Assembly: GCA_947259355.1 (NCBI GenBank)
Contig: CAMYMF010000010.1
Span: forward strand, 170 to 64,169
Reading direction: 5' to 3'
DNA length: 64,000 nt
Origin: an uncultured Nitrospirota bacterium
GTDB taxonomy: Bacteria; CG2-30-53-67
In this document: positions 1 to 12,074 of the stretch, one piece after another
How positions within the stretch are numbered: position 1 is the first letter of the stretch
Layout of the letters: each line of letters opens with the position of its first letter
Translations under genes and position numbers: made by a program
The notes under the pieces: generated by a model
Told to the model about the DNA's origin: nothing
Seen by the model: the letters and a program-made list of their open reading frames with translations, nothing else
Databases searched by the model: none

Positions 1-995
1 TCAGCCGCAATGCCATTTCTCTGGTCTTTTCGCTCCCCATGGCTTACAAGGAGCGGATTCGGCAGGTGGACGGGGTGCAGAATATTTCCTACGGCAACTG
101 GTTCGGCGGCATCTATATCGAAGAAAAGAACTTCTTCGCCAACTTCGCCGTGGAGCCGACAAGCTATCTGGAGATCTACCCCGAATTCCAGGTGCCCGAG
201 GATCAGAAGGCCGCGTTCCTGAGGGACCGCAAAGCCTGCGTGGTGGGGCGCAAACTGGCCGCGCGATTCGGCTGGCAGTTGGGAGACCTCATCACCCTTC
301 GGGGAACCATCTTTCCGGGCAATTGGGAATTTGTCTTGCGCGCAATCTATGCGGGGCGGGACGAGAGCACCGACGAGTCCCAGTTTTTCTTTCACTGGGA
401 TTACCTGAACGAAACGCTCAAGAAGACGGCACCGGCCCGGGCCGACAAAGTCGGTTTCTACATCACTCAGGTCGAAGATCCTGCGCTCGCCACTCAGGTC
501 TCTTACACCATTGATCGGATGTTCGACAATTCGCTGGCCGAGACCCTCACCGAAACAGAAAAAGCTTTTCAGTTGAGCTTCATCGCGATGAGCGAGGCCC
601 TGCTGATCATCATACAGCTTGTCTCGTTGGTGGTCATCGTCATCATCATGGCCGTCGTCGCCAATACCATGGCCATGACCGTGCGGGAACGGACCTCCGA
701 GTACGCCGTGTTCAAGACCCTCGGCTTCGGCGCGGTGCGCATTGGGGCCCTGATCTTTGGCGAGTCGCTCACCATCACGACGATGGGCTGCGCCGCCGGC
801 ATTGCGCTCACCTTCCCGGTGACGCGGGCCTTCGCGCATACCATGGGAGACTTCTTCCCGGTCTTTCGCATCGACCCGCAGATCTTTGTCAATTACGTCG
901 TCGCATCCCTCATTGTCGGCATTGTGGCTGCGCTCATCCCCACCTGGCGGGCCATCGGTCTTACCATCGCCGAGGGGCTGGGGAGGCTGGAATGA
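1..995 (+). CDS. ABC transporter permease, FtsX/MacB-like (5' end outside window)
   Basis: Frame 3 is open from base 3 with no stop before the listed ATG at 39. A large extracytoplasmic domain is followed by a C-terminal FtsX-type TM bundle (..TVRERTSEYAVFKTLGFG..). The stop overlaps the next start (ATGA at 992-995). Confidence 0.8.
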   Translation, partial: SRNAISLVFSLPMAYKERIRQVDGVQNISYGNWFGGIYIEEKNFFANFAVEPTSYLEIYPEFQVPEDQKAAFLRDRKACVVGRKLAARFGWQLGDLITLRGTIFPGNWEFVLRAIYAGRDESTDESQFFFHWDYLNETLKKTAPARADKVGFYITQVEDPALATQVSYTIDRMFDNSLAETLTETEKAFQLSFIAMSEALLIIIQLVSLVVIVIIMAVVANTMAMTVRERTSEYAVFKTLGFGAVRIGALIFGESLTITTMGCAAGIALTFPVTRAFAHTMGDFFPVFRIDPQIFVNYVVASLIVGIVAALIPTWRAIGLTIAEGLGRLE

Positions 996-2158
996 AAATT
1001 CCTTTTTCCTACAGTCTTCGCAACCTCTGGACGCGGCGGCTCACGACCATTCTTACGGCATCAGGCATGGCCTTGGTGGTCTTCGTCTTTGCGGCGATTC
1101 TGATGCTGGCGGAAGGCTTGGAGCAGACCCTGGTGGAGACCGGTTCCTACGAGAACGCCGTGGTCATTCGAAAGGGCTCGGAGACGGAGGTGCAAAGCGG
1201 TGTGGATCGCCTGCAAGCGGGCATTGCAGAGACCCAGCCTGAGGTAGCCCTGGGGGAGAAGGGTCGCCGCCTCCTGGCCAAGGAAATCGTCATCCTCATC
1301 AGTCTTCCCAAGCGGGGAACCACCAGTCGTTCCAATGTCGTCATCCGGGGGATCGGACCCGAGTCGTTGGGCCTGCGGCCGCAGGTGCAATTGACAAGAG
1401 GACGGCTGCCGCGGCCCGGTTCCTCCGAGATCATTGCCGGGCAGCGGATCGCCCAGCGCTTCGAGGGAGGTGGTCTGGGCGAGCGGCTTCGCTTTGCCAT
1501 GCGGGACTGGACCGTGGTCGGTGTGTTCGATGCCGGCAACACCGGTTTCAACTCGGAGATCTGGGGCGATGCCGATCAGCTCATGCAGGCCTTTCGCCGT
1601 CCCGTCTACTCGTCGGTGATCTTCAAACTTCGGAATCCCGCGGAGTTCAACACGTTGAAGTCGCGAATCGAAAGCGACCCGCGCCTCACGGTGGAGGTCA
1701 AACGGGAGAATCAATACTACAAGGATCAATCGCGGGCTCTTGCGAAATTTCTGCGTATCCTCGGGCTGTCGCTCACCGTCATCTTCTCCCTCGGCGCAAT
1801 CATCGGCGCCATGATCACCATGTATGCCGCCGTGGCCAACCGAACGCAGGAGATCGGTACCCTTCGCGCGCTTGGCTTTCGGCGCAGCAGCATCCTGATC
1901 GCCTTTCTCATGGAGGCCTTGCTCCTGGGCTTCATCGGCGGCTGCCTGGGGCTCTTTCTGGCCTCCTTTCTGCAGGCCTTTACCATCTCCACAACGAATT
2001 TCCAGACCTTTGCTGAGTTGGCCTTTTCATTTTCCATCACCGGCGAGATCATCTACAAAGGCCTGCTCTTCTCTGTCGTTATGGGATTCGTAGGCGGCGT
2101 GCTGCCTGCGGCGCGGGCGGCCAGGATGAATGTGCTGGAGGCGCTGCGCGCGACGTAG
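992..2158 (+). CDS. ABC transporter permease, FtsX/MacB-like
   Basis: 388-aa ORF with an N-terminal TM, a periplasmic domain and a C-terminal FtsX region (..NRTQEIGTLRALGFR..). Translationally coupled to the upstream permease. Confidence 0.85.
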   Translation: MKIPFSYSLRNLWTRRLTTILTASGMALVVFVFAAILMLAEGLEQTLVETGSYENAVVIRKGSETEVQSGVDRLQAGIAETQPEVALGEKGRRLLAKEIVILISLPKRGTTSRSNVVIRGIGPESLGLRPQVQLTRGRLPRPGSSEIIAGQRIAQRFEGGGLGERLRFAMRDWTVVGVFDAGNTGFNSEIWGDADQLMQAFRRPVYSSVIFKLRNPAEFNTLKSRIESDPRLTVEVKRENQYYKDQSRALAKFLRILGLSLTVIFSLGAIIGAMITMYAAVANRTQEIGTLRALGFRRSSILIAFLMEALLLGFIGGCLGLFLASFLQAFTISTTNFQTFAELAFSFSITGEIIYKGLLFSVVMGFVGGVLPAARAARMNVLEALRAT

Positions 2159-2612
2159 TTACCTGAAATGCTTGCATCGCAAAGACGTAGGGCGCAAAGA
2201 GAAACCACTTCGTGTCAAGACCAAAACCTCCACCTGCACCGAAGCCTATCTTACCGCATTTCCTATTTTCTATTTTCCATTTGCTATTTGCACACTTTGG
2301 TTCACCGCCCACTGCCCGCCGCCCACTGTTCCTCCGTCTTCCGTCCTTTGGTTCTGACTGGCCGCCGTCTTTCCATTTACCATTTCCCAGTTGCCATTTA
2401 CGATTTCCCGAGTCGTCTCCGATTGCCGGCACCGGGGTCCAGTGCTATAGTCGAGCATGATTGTGAGTGGAGCACTCTTGGCCGTGACTCGAAATAGGGA
2501 GGGACGGCCGAATCGCTTCGTAGCAAGAACGAATATTTGGGTGCCGAAGAGAGAGACGACTGCTCCCAAGGGTTCAGGAGCAACGCTTAGGCAAGCGATT
2601 GTGAGGTGTGTC

Positions 2613-3527
2613 ATGAAAAACAAAGCCAAAAAGAAGAAAGCAGCCGCGTATCCAACGCTGCATAAAACCGTGGACATTGACGGGTTGGAGATCTTTTATC
2701 GAGCGGCCGGTCCCAGGAATCGACAGACCCTGCTTCTGCTGCACGGATTTCCAACGTCATCCCATATGTTCCGGAACTTGATTCCTGCCCTTTCGGACAA
2801 GTTCCACGTGGTGGCCCCGGATTATCCCGGATTTGGCGCCAGCGCAATGCCGAAGGTCGATGGGTTCGCTTATACCTTTGACCGATTTGCAGAGATTATG
2901 GAAGGGTTTATCGAGAAACTGGGCCTGAAAAAGTTCAGCCTCTACGTGATGGACTACGGCGCCCCCGTCGGGTTTCGCATTGCAGCAAAACACCCGAAGC
3001 GGGTGGAGGCACTCATCATCCAGAACGGGAATGCCTACGAGGAAGGCCTGCGGGAATTCTGGGACCCCATCAAAGCCTACTGGAAGGAAAGATCTGACGA
3101 AAATGCCGAGGCGTTGCGCAACAGCCTGCTAACCCTTGACGCCACGAAATGGCAGTACACGAACGGTGTCCGAAATCCCGAAACCATCGCGCCTGACAAC
3201 TGGTTCAACGATCAGTATCTTTTGGATCGACCGGGCAATAAAGAGATTCAACTGCAGCTGTTCTACGACTACGGATCCAACCCATCGCGCTATCCCGAAT
3301 GGCAGGCCTACTTTCGGAAATATCAACCGCCCACACTCATCGTGTGGGGCAAGAACGATTACATTTTCCCCGAGGAAGGCGCCCATCCGTACAAGCGCGA
3401 CTTGAAGAACCTGACGTTCCACATTCTCGACACGGGACACTTTGCCCTCGAAGAAGACGGCAGCCTCATTGCGCGTCTTATCAAAGAGTTCATTGAAAAG
3501 CATGTGGCGGCTCCGAAAGCGGCTTAA
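2613..3527 (+). CDS. alpha/beta hydrolase (epoxide hydrolase / haloalkane dehalogenase-like)
   Basis: [37 protein letters not shown] motif block. I chose the ATG at 2613, preceded by GAGGTG, rather than the longest ORF start at 2457. Confidence 0.8.
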   Translation: MKNKAKKKKAAAYPTLHKTVDIDGLEIFYRAAGPRNRQTLLLLHGFPTSSHMFRNLIPALSDKFHVVAPDYPGFGASAMPKVDGFAYTFDRFAEIMEGFIEKLGLKKFSLYVMDYGAPVGFRIAAKHPKRVEALIIQNGNAYEEGLREFWDPIKAYWKERSDENAEALRNSLLTLDATKWQYTNGVRNPETIAPDNWFNDQYLLDRPGNKEIQLQLFYDYGSNPSRYPEWQAYFRKYQPPTLIVWGKNDYIFPEEGAHPYKRDLKNLTFHILDTGHFALEEDGSLIARLIKEFIEKHVAAPKAA

Positions 3528-3768
3528 CAGAATCGATCTTCCTCAGAGGGTCCTTCGCGACCTACACTGGCGAACGGCCCTCTGAGACTTCCGGATGGGG
3601 GCCGCGCGCGCCGCTTTGTTATCATCTCAGAAGCTCTATTTCAGTGGCAAGATGGGCCTTCCGAAGGGAAAGGCGGGTCTGCCTTCTGGGCAGCTCCCTG
3701 CGGATGGGAAGCGTCTTCGGCTTCAGCCAGAGAGGGGCGGCCAAGTTCCAGCCGCAAGGGAGAAGGTC

Positions 3769-4236
3769 CTATGACAAACGAACGACTTTGTCGAGAGCCT
3801 TCTGGAGACGCACCGCGTCCACAGCGGCAATCGCTTTGAGGATTTTAACGCCGGTGCGCGGATATTCTTCCACAAACGCTTCAAGCTTGTCGCGGCTGAC
3901 CGTCAGGATTTCGGTATCCTCCAACGCAACGATGGTGCCAAAACTGCCCCGTCGACGCAGTGCGGAGAAATTACCGATATGCGCTCCCTTGTCCAGGACC
4001 GCGATCAACATGCTCTTGCCCGAGTGCTCCGTCTGCTTCTTGACTTCCAGCCGTCCCGACGCCACGATACCGATGATGTTCATCGTCGCCCCTTCTTCGA
4101 AGCAGATCGTGACGGCGGGAAATCTCTTTCGTTCGAACAGCGGCGCCAGCTGCACCCTCTCATCATAATTCAAAACCTGAAGAATGCCGATCCGGTCGAC
4201 GGCCGTCTCAACAATCTGCTGAATGAGTTGTTCCAT
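3769..4236 (-). CDS. cyclic-nucleotide-binding domain protein (no DNA-binding domain)
   Basis: cNMP-binding beta-barrel pattern (..GATMNIIGIVASGRLEV..IGNFSALRRRGSFGTIVALEDTEILTV..). Internal ATG at 4236 has a GGGAGA SD; the longest ORF starts at 4266. Confidence 0.7.
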   Translation of the reverse strand: MEQLIQQIVETAVDRIGILQVLNYDERVQLAPLFERKRFPAVTICFEEGATMNIIGIVASGRLEVKKQTEHSGKSMLIAVLDKGAHIGNFSALRRRGSFGTIVALEDTEILTVSRDKLEAFVEEYPRTGVKILKAIAAVDAVRLQKALDKVVRLS

Positions 4237-4736
4237 CGATTCATCTCCCGGGAGGACACATGGCATGGGGCATCATTTGATGGACTCGCCAGCTTCTTTC
4301 CAAGCATCGAAGAGTGTCGCCCGCCTTTGCCCCCCGCTCCCGTAAAACGCCATCGGTATGATGGGGCACGTCTTCTCCCTCTGCCCAACGGAGCTGCAGT
4401 CATCAATGGCGATATGTGATGTCCCCCGACGCCCTTTCCCCCTTCACGGGAACAGGGTTCGGTGATGGGACGAAGAATACGACCATCTGGATGTTCGGTG
4501 CAGTATCTTCCGACGAGGTCTCCCCCTCTCCCTTCACCTAACCACTGGTTTGCTGTTCTGTCAAGATGGGGCGGCAGAAAGATACCGGATGCCACGCGGG
4601 CGTCCGTGCCCTGTCTGTGTCATTTGCCTCAGACCTTGGCAAGAAAAACGACGGTTTTTTGTCACCCAAAATGTTACGCACGGTTTTCGTTCTCCCATGT
4701 CTTGACGCCCTGCAAACTTGGGTGTATCTTCCGGCC

Positions 4737-5762
4737 ATGAGCGAGAAAGTTACTGCCCATCATTTGATCTTCCTTGTCATGCTTGGTTTCTTATTGCCTT
4801 ACACCTATGGAGGTTGCGTTGCGGCATTCAGCAGTGGCGACGGACATAAGGAGCGCATAGTTAGAGATACCCCTAACGATCATGAGGATGGATTCTCAGG
4901 TGGTTTCATCATTGTTGTCACGGAGGCCTCCGTTGATTCGCAAAATGCTCAAGCCCTTAACGGTCTAACCATCAGAGGCGATACGACCAGTATCGAACCT
5001 GAAGCATCAGCACTAGATCCGAATGCCGTCGACACTCGGATCGCGACGTATCGTCCCTTGGATTTCTCGTTGACTGTGGGGTATTCTTTAGGTCATATAC
5101 GACTCAGTCCGACGTTGTTCGGCGCGAGCCAGGCAGACACGATCCATCAAAGCGGGACTGTCGAGGGCCGTTGCGGAGGCGTCTTTTCGTACAGCTTGAC
5201 TCTGGACAAGGTCTCCAAGGAATTTTCTGGACACCTTACCTTCGAGGATTACTGTGACAAGCAAACGACTCTCTCCGGCGATCTCGATGTTATTGGCACC
5301 TTTGATTCCGATACTGAAGACGTCATAACAGCCACCCTTTCATTCGATAGCCTGCTCGCAGGCTCCTTCATTCTGGCAGGTGAGCTTTCAATCGATTTCT
5401 CAGAGCTTCCCATCCTCGCAGTATTCACCGTCCAGGCGACGGACGCTCTCTCCGGGCAGGTCTACCGCCATGAAGACTACAGCATGAACATCACCGAATC
5501 GATTGACGGTGTCGACATAGATCTCACGGGGACCTTCCACCACCCCGATCATGGATTCGTTGGTTTAGCCACGGCGGATCCACTTGTTATTCATGATGGA
5601 GATCACTGGCCGGCATCGGGCCAAATGGTCATTCAGGGAGCCAACAGCACGGCGGCAGTATTGACGGCCGTCGATCACTTGCAGTGTGGCATTATGGTTG
5701 ACACAACGGGTGATGGATTATTGGACTGGGACTCGGGAGTCCTGAATTGGATTGACTTGTAA
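4737..5762 (+). CDS. hypothetical lipoprotein/secreted protein
   Basis: Signal peptide MSEKVTAHHLIFLVMLGFLLPYTYGGC with a lipobox-like GGC. Acidic, Ser/Thr/Asp-rich body with no recognisable domain. Confidence 0.55.
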   Translation: MSEKVTAHHLIFLVMLGFLLPYTYGGCVAAFSSGDGHKERIVRDTPNDHEDGFSGGFIIVVTEASVDSQNAQALNGLTIRGDTTSIEPEASALDPNAVDTRIATYRPLDFSLTVGYSLGHIRLSPTLFGASQADTIHQSGTVEGRCGGVFSYSLTLDKVSKEFSGHLTFEDYCDKQTTLSGDLDVIGTFDSDTEDVITATLSFDSLLAGSFILAGELSIDFSELPILAVFTVQATDALSGQVYRHEDYSMNITESIDGVDIDLTGTFHHPDHGFVGLATADPLVIHDGDHWPASGQMVIQGANSTAAVLTAVDHLQCGIMVDTTGDGLLDWDSGVLNWIDL

Positions 5763-5987
5763 TGGCGGCCCCAACGCATTCCTTAATTCCTGTTTTCTCG
5801 TTGATATTTGCACGCGTAGGTCGACCACCCGCTCCGCGGGTCGGTCGAGGCCTCCCATAGAGGCTGCGCCTTTAACCGCGCACGCTCCGGAGGACGCGGA
5901 GAAAGGCAATCCCTGTCAAAGATTAAGTAGCTGAGTCAGAACCTCCGTCGATAAAGTGGACACAATCGCCTAACGGAGGATGTGTCC

Positions 5988-6089
5988 ATGCGCAGCAAGA
6001 GCAGAAAGCAGATCGAGACAGGCACGAGGAAGAAACATCGATACAGCAATGCGTTTAAGCTGACGTCGGTGACTGCAGGCGTCCGCTAG
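5988..6089 (+). mobile_element. possible IS3-family OrfA N-terminal remnant (33 codons)
   Basis: MRSKSRKQIETGTRKKHRYSNAFKLTSVTAGVR resembles the R-x-YS-x-x-FK-x-x-V start of IS3 OrfA proteins. It is truncated by a stop and lies in an AT-richer patch. Confidence 0.25.
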
Positions 6090-6215
6090 ATGACACCCAA
6101 ACAGTGTAGGCTTCCTTACTTACCCTTTTAACCTTTTCCGGTGTTTGACTCAGACACCGAATTCGTAGGGTGACTGACCCTGAACTTGACAAAGCAAACG
6201 ATAGGTGATATCTAG

Positions 6216-6707
6216 CAAATAGGAATCATTCCGATTATCGAAGAATATAAGAACCTTCGGGATATTGAACAGACGCTCATCTCGAGTTTACGTGATAAGG
6301 GATAGAGGCCCACCCCTAAACGACTTGAAATTATTCGACTTTTGGCACGGGATATCTCACATCCCGGCGTAAGGGATATTTTACGGAACGTCAGAAAGAT
6401 CGTTCCACGGATAAGCATGTCAACGGTATCTTACACCCTTGACATGATGCAGAGAGAAGGCTTGATATAAGGGCTTGAGTTCTACCACACGGACAAGCGT
6501 TAGGATATGAACCTATCGCATCATATCGACCTCGTCTGCACAACATGCGGGAAGATAACGGATTTTACGAGTGATTTGCCTTCATTATCAAAGGCTGTGG
6601 AAAAGGAAACAGGTATTAAGCTGTCAAGTATGCGGTTTGAATATTACGCCATCTGCAGGACTCGCGCGCGTGTGAAAAAGAAGAGGGGCCCTAAATTCTT
6701 TTGTTAG
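6216..6707 (+). pseudogene. Fur/PerR-family regulator pseudogene (three in-frame stops)
   Basis: A single frame reads ..LRDKG*RPTPKRLEIIRLLA..HPGVRDILRNVRK.VPRISMSTVSYTLDMMQREGLI*GLEF..DKR*DMNLSHHIDLVCTTCGKITDF.. with stops at 6303, 6468 and 6501. No clear start codon, and the C-terminal CxxC is lost. Confidence 0.75.
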
Positions 6708-6911
6708 CTAGTTTCCATCCGAAAATTAAAAGGGACACGAATTAGTTTCCAATTTGGAAACGAGCAATTTTTTCGATGAGCAAGGCCGCACAAGGGTTTA
6801 CGACGAGGCGTACTCATTGTACGTCGAGGAAGTAAGCCCGCGGAGAACGCAGCGCATCGGGTGAAACACTATTATCCACAACAGCACTGTGCCTAAGTTC
6901 AGACAACGTAA

Positions 6912-9119
<2,208 letters not shown>

Positions 9120-9540
9120 TGGCAGCCTAAACGACTTCGAGGGCTTCTGAATTGAAATGCAACGACGCGATGGCTCGCTGACGCTTTATATTTAGCACGG
9201 GGCGGCGGAAGGGGACACGCGCGAAAACGCGATCCCTGCGCCTGTCAGGTCATTCTTCATGGCGGGCCGTCTCTGCGGCCCGGAGGCTTCGCTGATCGAT
9301 GGGTCGTACAAGATTCGCGAATGAAAACGGGTGTTGTGACAGAAACAGGGCGGCAAAAAAGCGGTCAGCTGTGAACCTAAAGGGGACAGGCTGCTTTTCG
9401 TTTTCAGGAGGGTTGAGAATAACAAAATAGCCTGTCCCCTTTGGCGCTTCCTGCAGCTCAGAACGTTTGCCCCCCAGGCGTAGAGGGAACCGGAAAGGAA
9501 GTCGCCATATGTGCCCGCACACAGGATGGAAATCACTTGC

Positions 9541-10194
9541 ATGAAACTGCTGTCCGTCAATGTCTCCTTACCCAAAACCTATGAATACGGCGGCAAGTCC
9601 GTAACCACCGGCATCTATAAAGAACCGGTCGCGGGACGGGTCATGGTGAGAAGACTCAACCTGGAAGGCGACGGCCAGGCCGATTTGACGGTGCACGGCG
9701 GGATTGACAAGGCCGTTTACGCCTATGATACGGACAGCTATGGCTATTGGCAGCGCGAACTTGGGTGGGACGATCTGCCCTTTGGCTATTTCGGCGAAAA
9801 CCTCACCGTGGACGGCCTGCCCGACGACCGCGTCCACATCGGCGACATCTTTCAGGTCGGGGGCGCCCTACTGGAGGTGAGCCAGCCCCGGGTCCCCTGC
9901 TTCAAGCTGGAGCTAAAGATGGAGAAGCCGGGCTTTTCCCGCCGGTTTCTGGCCAGCGGTCGCCTTGGATTCTATCTCCGAGTGTTAGAAGAAGGGGATG
10001 TCGGCGCAGGAGACGTCATCGAGCGTGTGAAGACCAACCCGGGGCAGGTGTCGGTGCGTGAAATAGCCCGCCTGCTCTATTTCGACCGTGACAATCTCGA
10101 CAAGATCCGCCAGGTGCTGCGTCTCCGCGCCTTGGCGCAGGCATGGCGTAACCCCTTCGAGAAACTGCTGGGCAAACCGGAAGGAAATTCGTAG
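9541..10194 (+). CDS. MOSC domain protein (YiiM-like)
   Basis: MKLLSVNVSLPK..GIYKEPV..LEGDGQADLTVHGGIDKAVYAY..LEVSQPRVPCFKL pattern. Start moved to the ATG at 9541. Confidence 0.85.
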   Translation: MKLLSVNVSLPKTYEYGGKSVTTGIYKEPVAGRVMVRRLNLEGDGQADLTVHGGIDKAVYAYDTDSYGYWQRELGWDDLPFGYFGENLTVDGLPDDRVHIGDIFQVGGALLEVSQPRVPCFKLELKMEKPGFSRRFLASGRLGFYLRVLEEGDVGAGDVIERVKTNPGQVSVREIARLLYFDRDNLDKIRQVLRLRALAQAWRNPFEKLLGKPEGNS

Positions 10195-10571
10195 AGGTCC
10201 GGCACCTGTGAGGCTCGTTGGCAAAAAGGAAACAGGCTGCCTGGCAAATGCCATGACATAGCTTACCTTGCCGCTAAAGAGGGTTTGTGCTTAACGCACG
10301 GCAGACTCCGCGAACGTATCCAATATTGCCGAGACGACACTGCAATCCTCTTTGATCCCGGGGGAGGAAAGATCTCGGCCACTCAATTCCGGAGGATTCT
10401 CTCGACGCATGAGGGACTCTCGTTGAGATAGGCATGACCGAAAAGTAGACAGGAGCCGGTAGGTGCGGAGCGTCCCAGGGCAAGAAGCCCTGTGGTTCAC
10501 GAAACGCCTGTTGCTGCGACCTTATTCTCTCCGCGCCCATACCCGCGCTAAGCCTTCGCGGAGAAAGAGCT

Positions 10572-11141
10572 ATGAGCGAGCCGGGACAGACGAAGAAAAG
10601 TGAGCTGAAGGTCTTCATCGCTTCTCGTGAATCCAAATGTGATGACTGTGGTGAGGAATTGGGCCGTCATGCCTGGATCACCCTGCAACAGGAGAAGGGA
10701 GCGGTCTGCCTGACGTGCGCGGACCTTGACCATCTCGTCTATCTTCCGTCGGGCGACGCCGCGCTGACACGACGTGCCAGGAAGAACTCAAGGCTCTCCG
10801 CTCGGCATCGGCCTCACATTCATGCTCTGCCTGTTCAATGGCCTCGTTCTCAACCAGTAGTCCCTGCCGCTCGTAGCGCCTGCGGGCCCGGCTGCCCTTC
10901 GGAGCGCGAGACGATCATCGCGGAGCATGCCTGCCGGAAATACAGTGGCCGCGTCGGCCGAAGCGCTGCCGCCAAGGACCTTGCAGAAAAAGCGGTGCAA
11001 CTCGCAGTCCTTGCGCATATTCGTCATGTGGAGACCCGTTATGATGAGTTTCTCATCAAAAAATGCGATCGACATACTGCACGTGCGCGCGTCAGCGAAG
11101 AAGTGTTTCAAATAGAGGACCCGTGGAGAAAGAAAGCCTGA
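10572..11141 (+). CDS. DUF2293-family protein, central ~30 codons apparently inverted
   Basis: The N-terminal (..CLTCADLDHLVYLPSGDAALTRRARKNSRLSA) and C-terminal (..PGCPSERETIIAEHACRKYSGRVGRSAAAKDL..IRHVETRYDEFL) blocks fit the family. The middle motif RRRYERQGLLVENEAIEQAEHECEADA is only readable on the reverse complement of 10803-10893. Confidence 0.75.
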   Translation: MSEPGQTKKSELKVFIASRESKCDDCGEELGRHAWITLQQEKGAVCLTCADLDHLVYLPSGDAALTRRARKNSRLSARHRPHIHALPVQWPRSQPVVPAARSACGPGCPSERETIIAEHACRKYSGRVGRSAAAKDLAEKAVQLAVLAHIRHVETRYDEFLIKKCDRHTARARVSEEVFQIEDPWRKKA

Positions 11142-11660
11142 TAGAAGCTCCAGGGGCTCTCGCGAGAGTCGGAATCCTCCCGGGGGCTGTCGAGGTTTGG
11201 GCCCGCAATGACAATGCATGCAGTCCGTACAATTTCGATGAAAGAACAACCCGCGCCAACTACCACAAAAACCTCATGGCGCGGTTATCAGCGGCCTTTG
11301 ACATCGATTCAAGCAGGCGCGAGAAGCAGCTGAGCCTCGGCATGAGAATCGCTTCTTTCCCTGGAGCAATTGGGTTGGCGGCCAGTCTGTTCTTTCTGTT
11401 CTTTCTCTTCTTTCAATCCCGGGGAAGGTTTTCGATAAACGCTGAAGCAGCGCTGGCCAATGGCACTCGTCTGGCGCCGTGGATGCTGTCCGTTCCCCCC
11501 ATAAATGACAAATCCAATGAGGAGCTATAGAATATCGAGCAGCGAAAGAAGGATTGTCAAATCTGTCTTAAATCGTTGCCAAGCTCGTAGTCGAAAGCTC
11601 AGCGTGCCAACAAGAAAGCAGAAAAGCCAAAGTCGCTAAAAGTCACAAAGGAGACAACCC

Positions 11661-11993
11661 ATGAGATACTTAGTCGTAGGCTCCGGAGGACCAGGATTCG
11701 CATCATACGAGGAAACCTTGGAAGTACTAAACAGTATTATTCTGCCCAGTTTTAATGCATTAATCCAGCTCGAAAGAAAGAAAAAGATCCGTGCCGGAGG
11801 ACTCCCAGTCGGTGATCGAGCGTTTGTGTTTATTGTCGAGGCCAGATCCAACGACGAAGTTGACCAAATGCTGAGAAAACTTCCGATGTGGGGTACGCTG
11901 GATTGGGACGTGACACCGTTGCAGACATTCAGCGCGAGGGCGAAGCAGGAGCGGCAGGCCGTAAGAGACATCAAAAAGATGATGAAGAAATAG
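11661..11993 (+). CDS. small hypothetical protein (muconolactone-isomerase-like fold suspected)
   Basis: 110-aa ORF with an AAAGGAG SD. The ..LRKLPMWGTLDWDVTPLQTF.. pattern is reminiscent of small alpha+beta isomerase-like families; function uncertain. Confidence 0.55.
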   Translation: MRYLVVGSGGPGFASYEETLEVLNSIILPSFNALIQLERKKKIRAGGLPVGDRAFVFIVEARSNDEVDQMLRKLPMWGTLDWDVTPLQTFSARAKQERQAVRDIKKMMKK

Positions 11994-12074
11994 GCCCCGC
12001 ACGTTTGCACCCGACGATAAAGGCCTTCGCTCCTTTCGCGAAACGCAACAACGATGGGGGGGCAGCAAAGGAAA

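Noticed and set aside
6212-6418. A 68-aa minus-strand ORF in the katG upstream region.
   Set aside because: It is antisense to the clearly Fur-like reading frame and has no motif.
11063-11530. A 155-aa ORF (or an 84-aa version starting at MARLSAAF) after the DUF2293 gene.
   Set aside because: It has no SD and no motif, contains a low-complexity Phe/Leu run, and overlaps the end of the DUF2293 gene. Not enough support to call a CDS.
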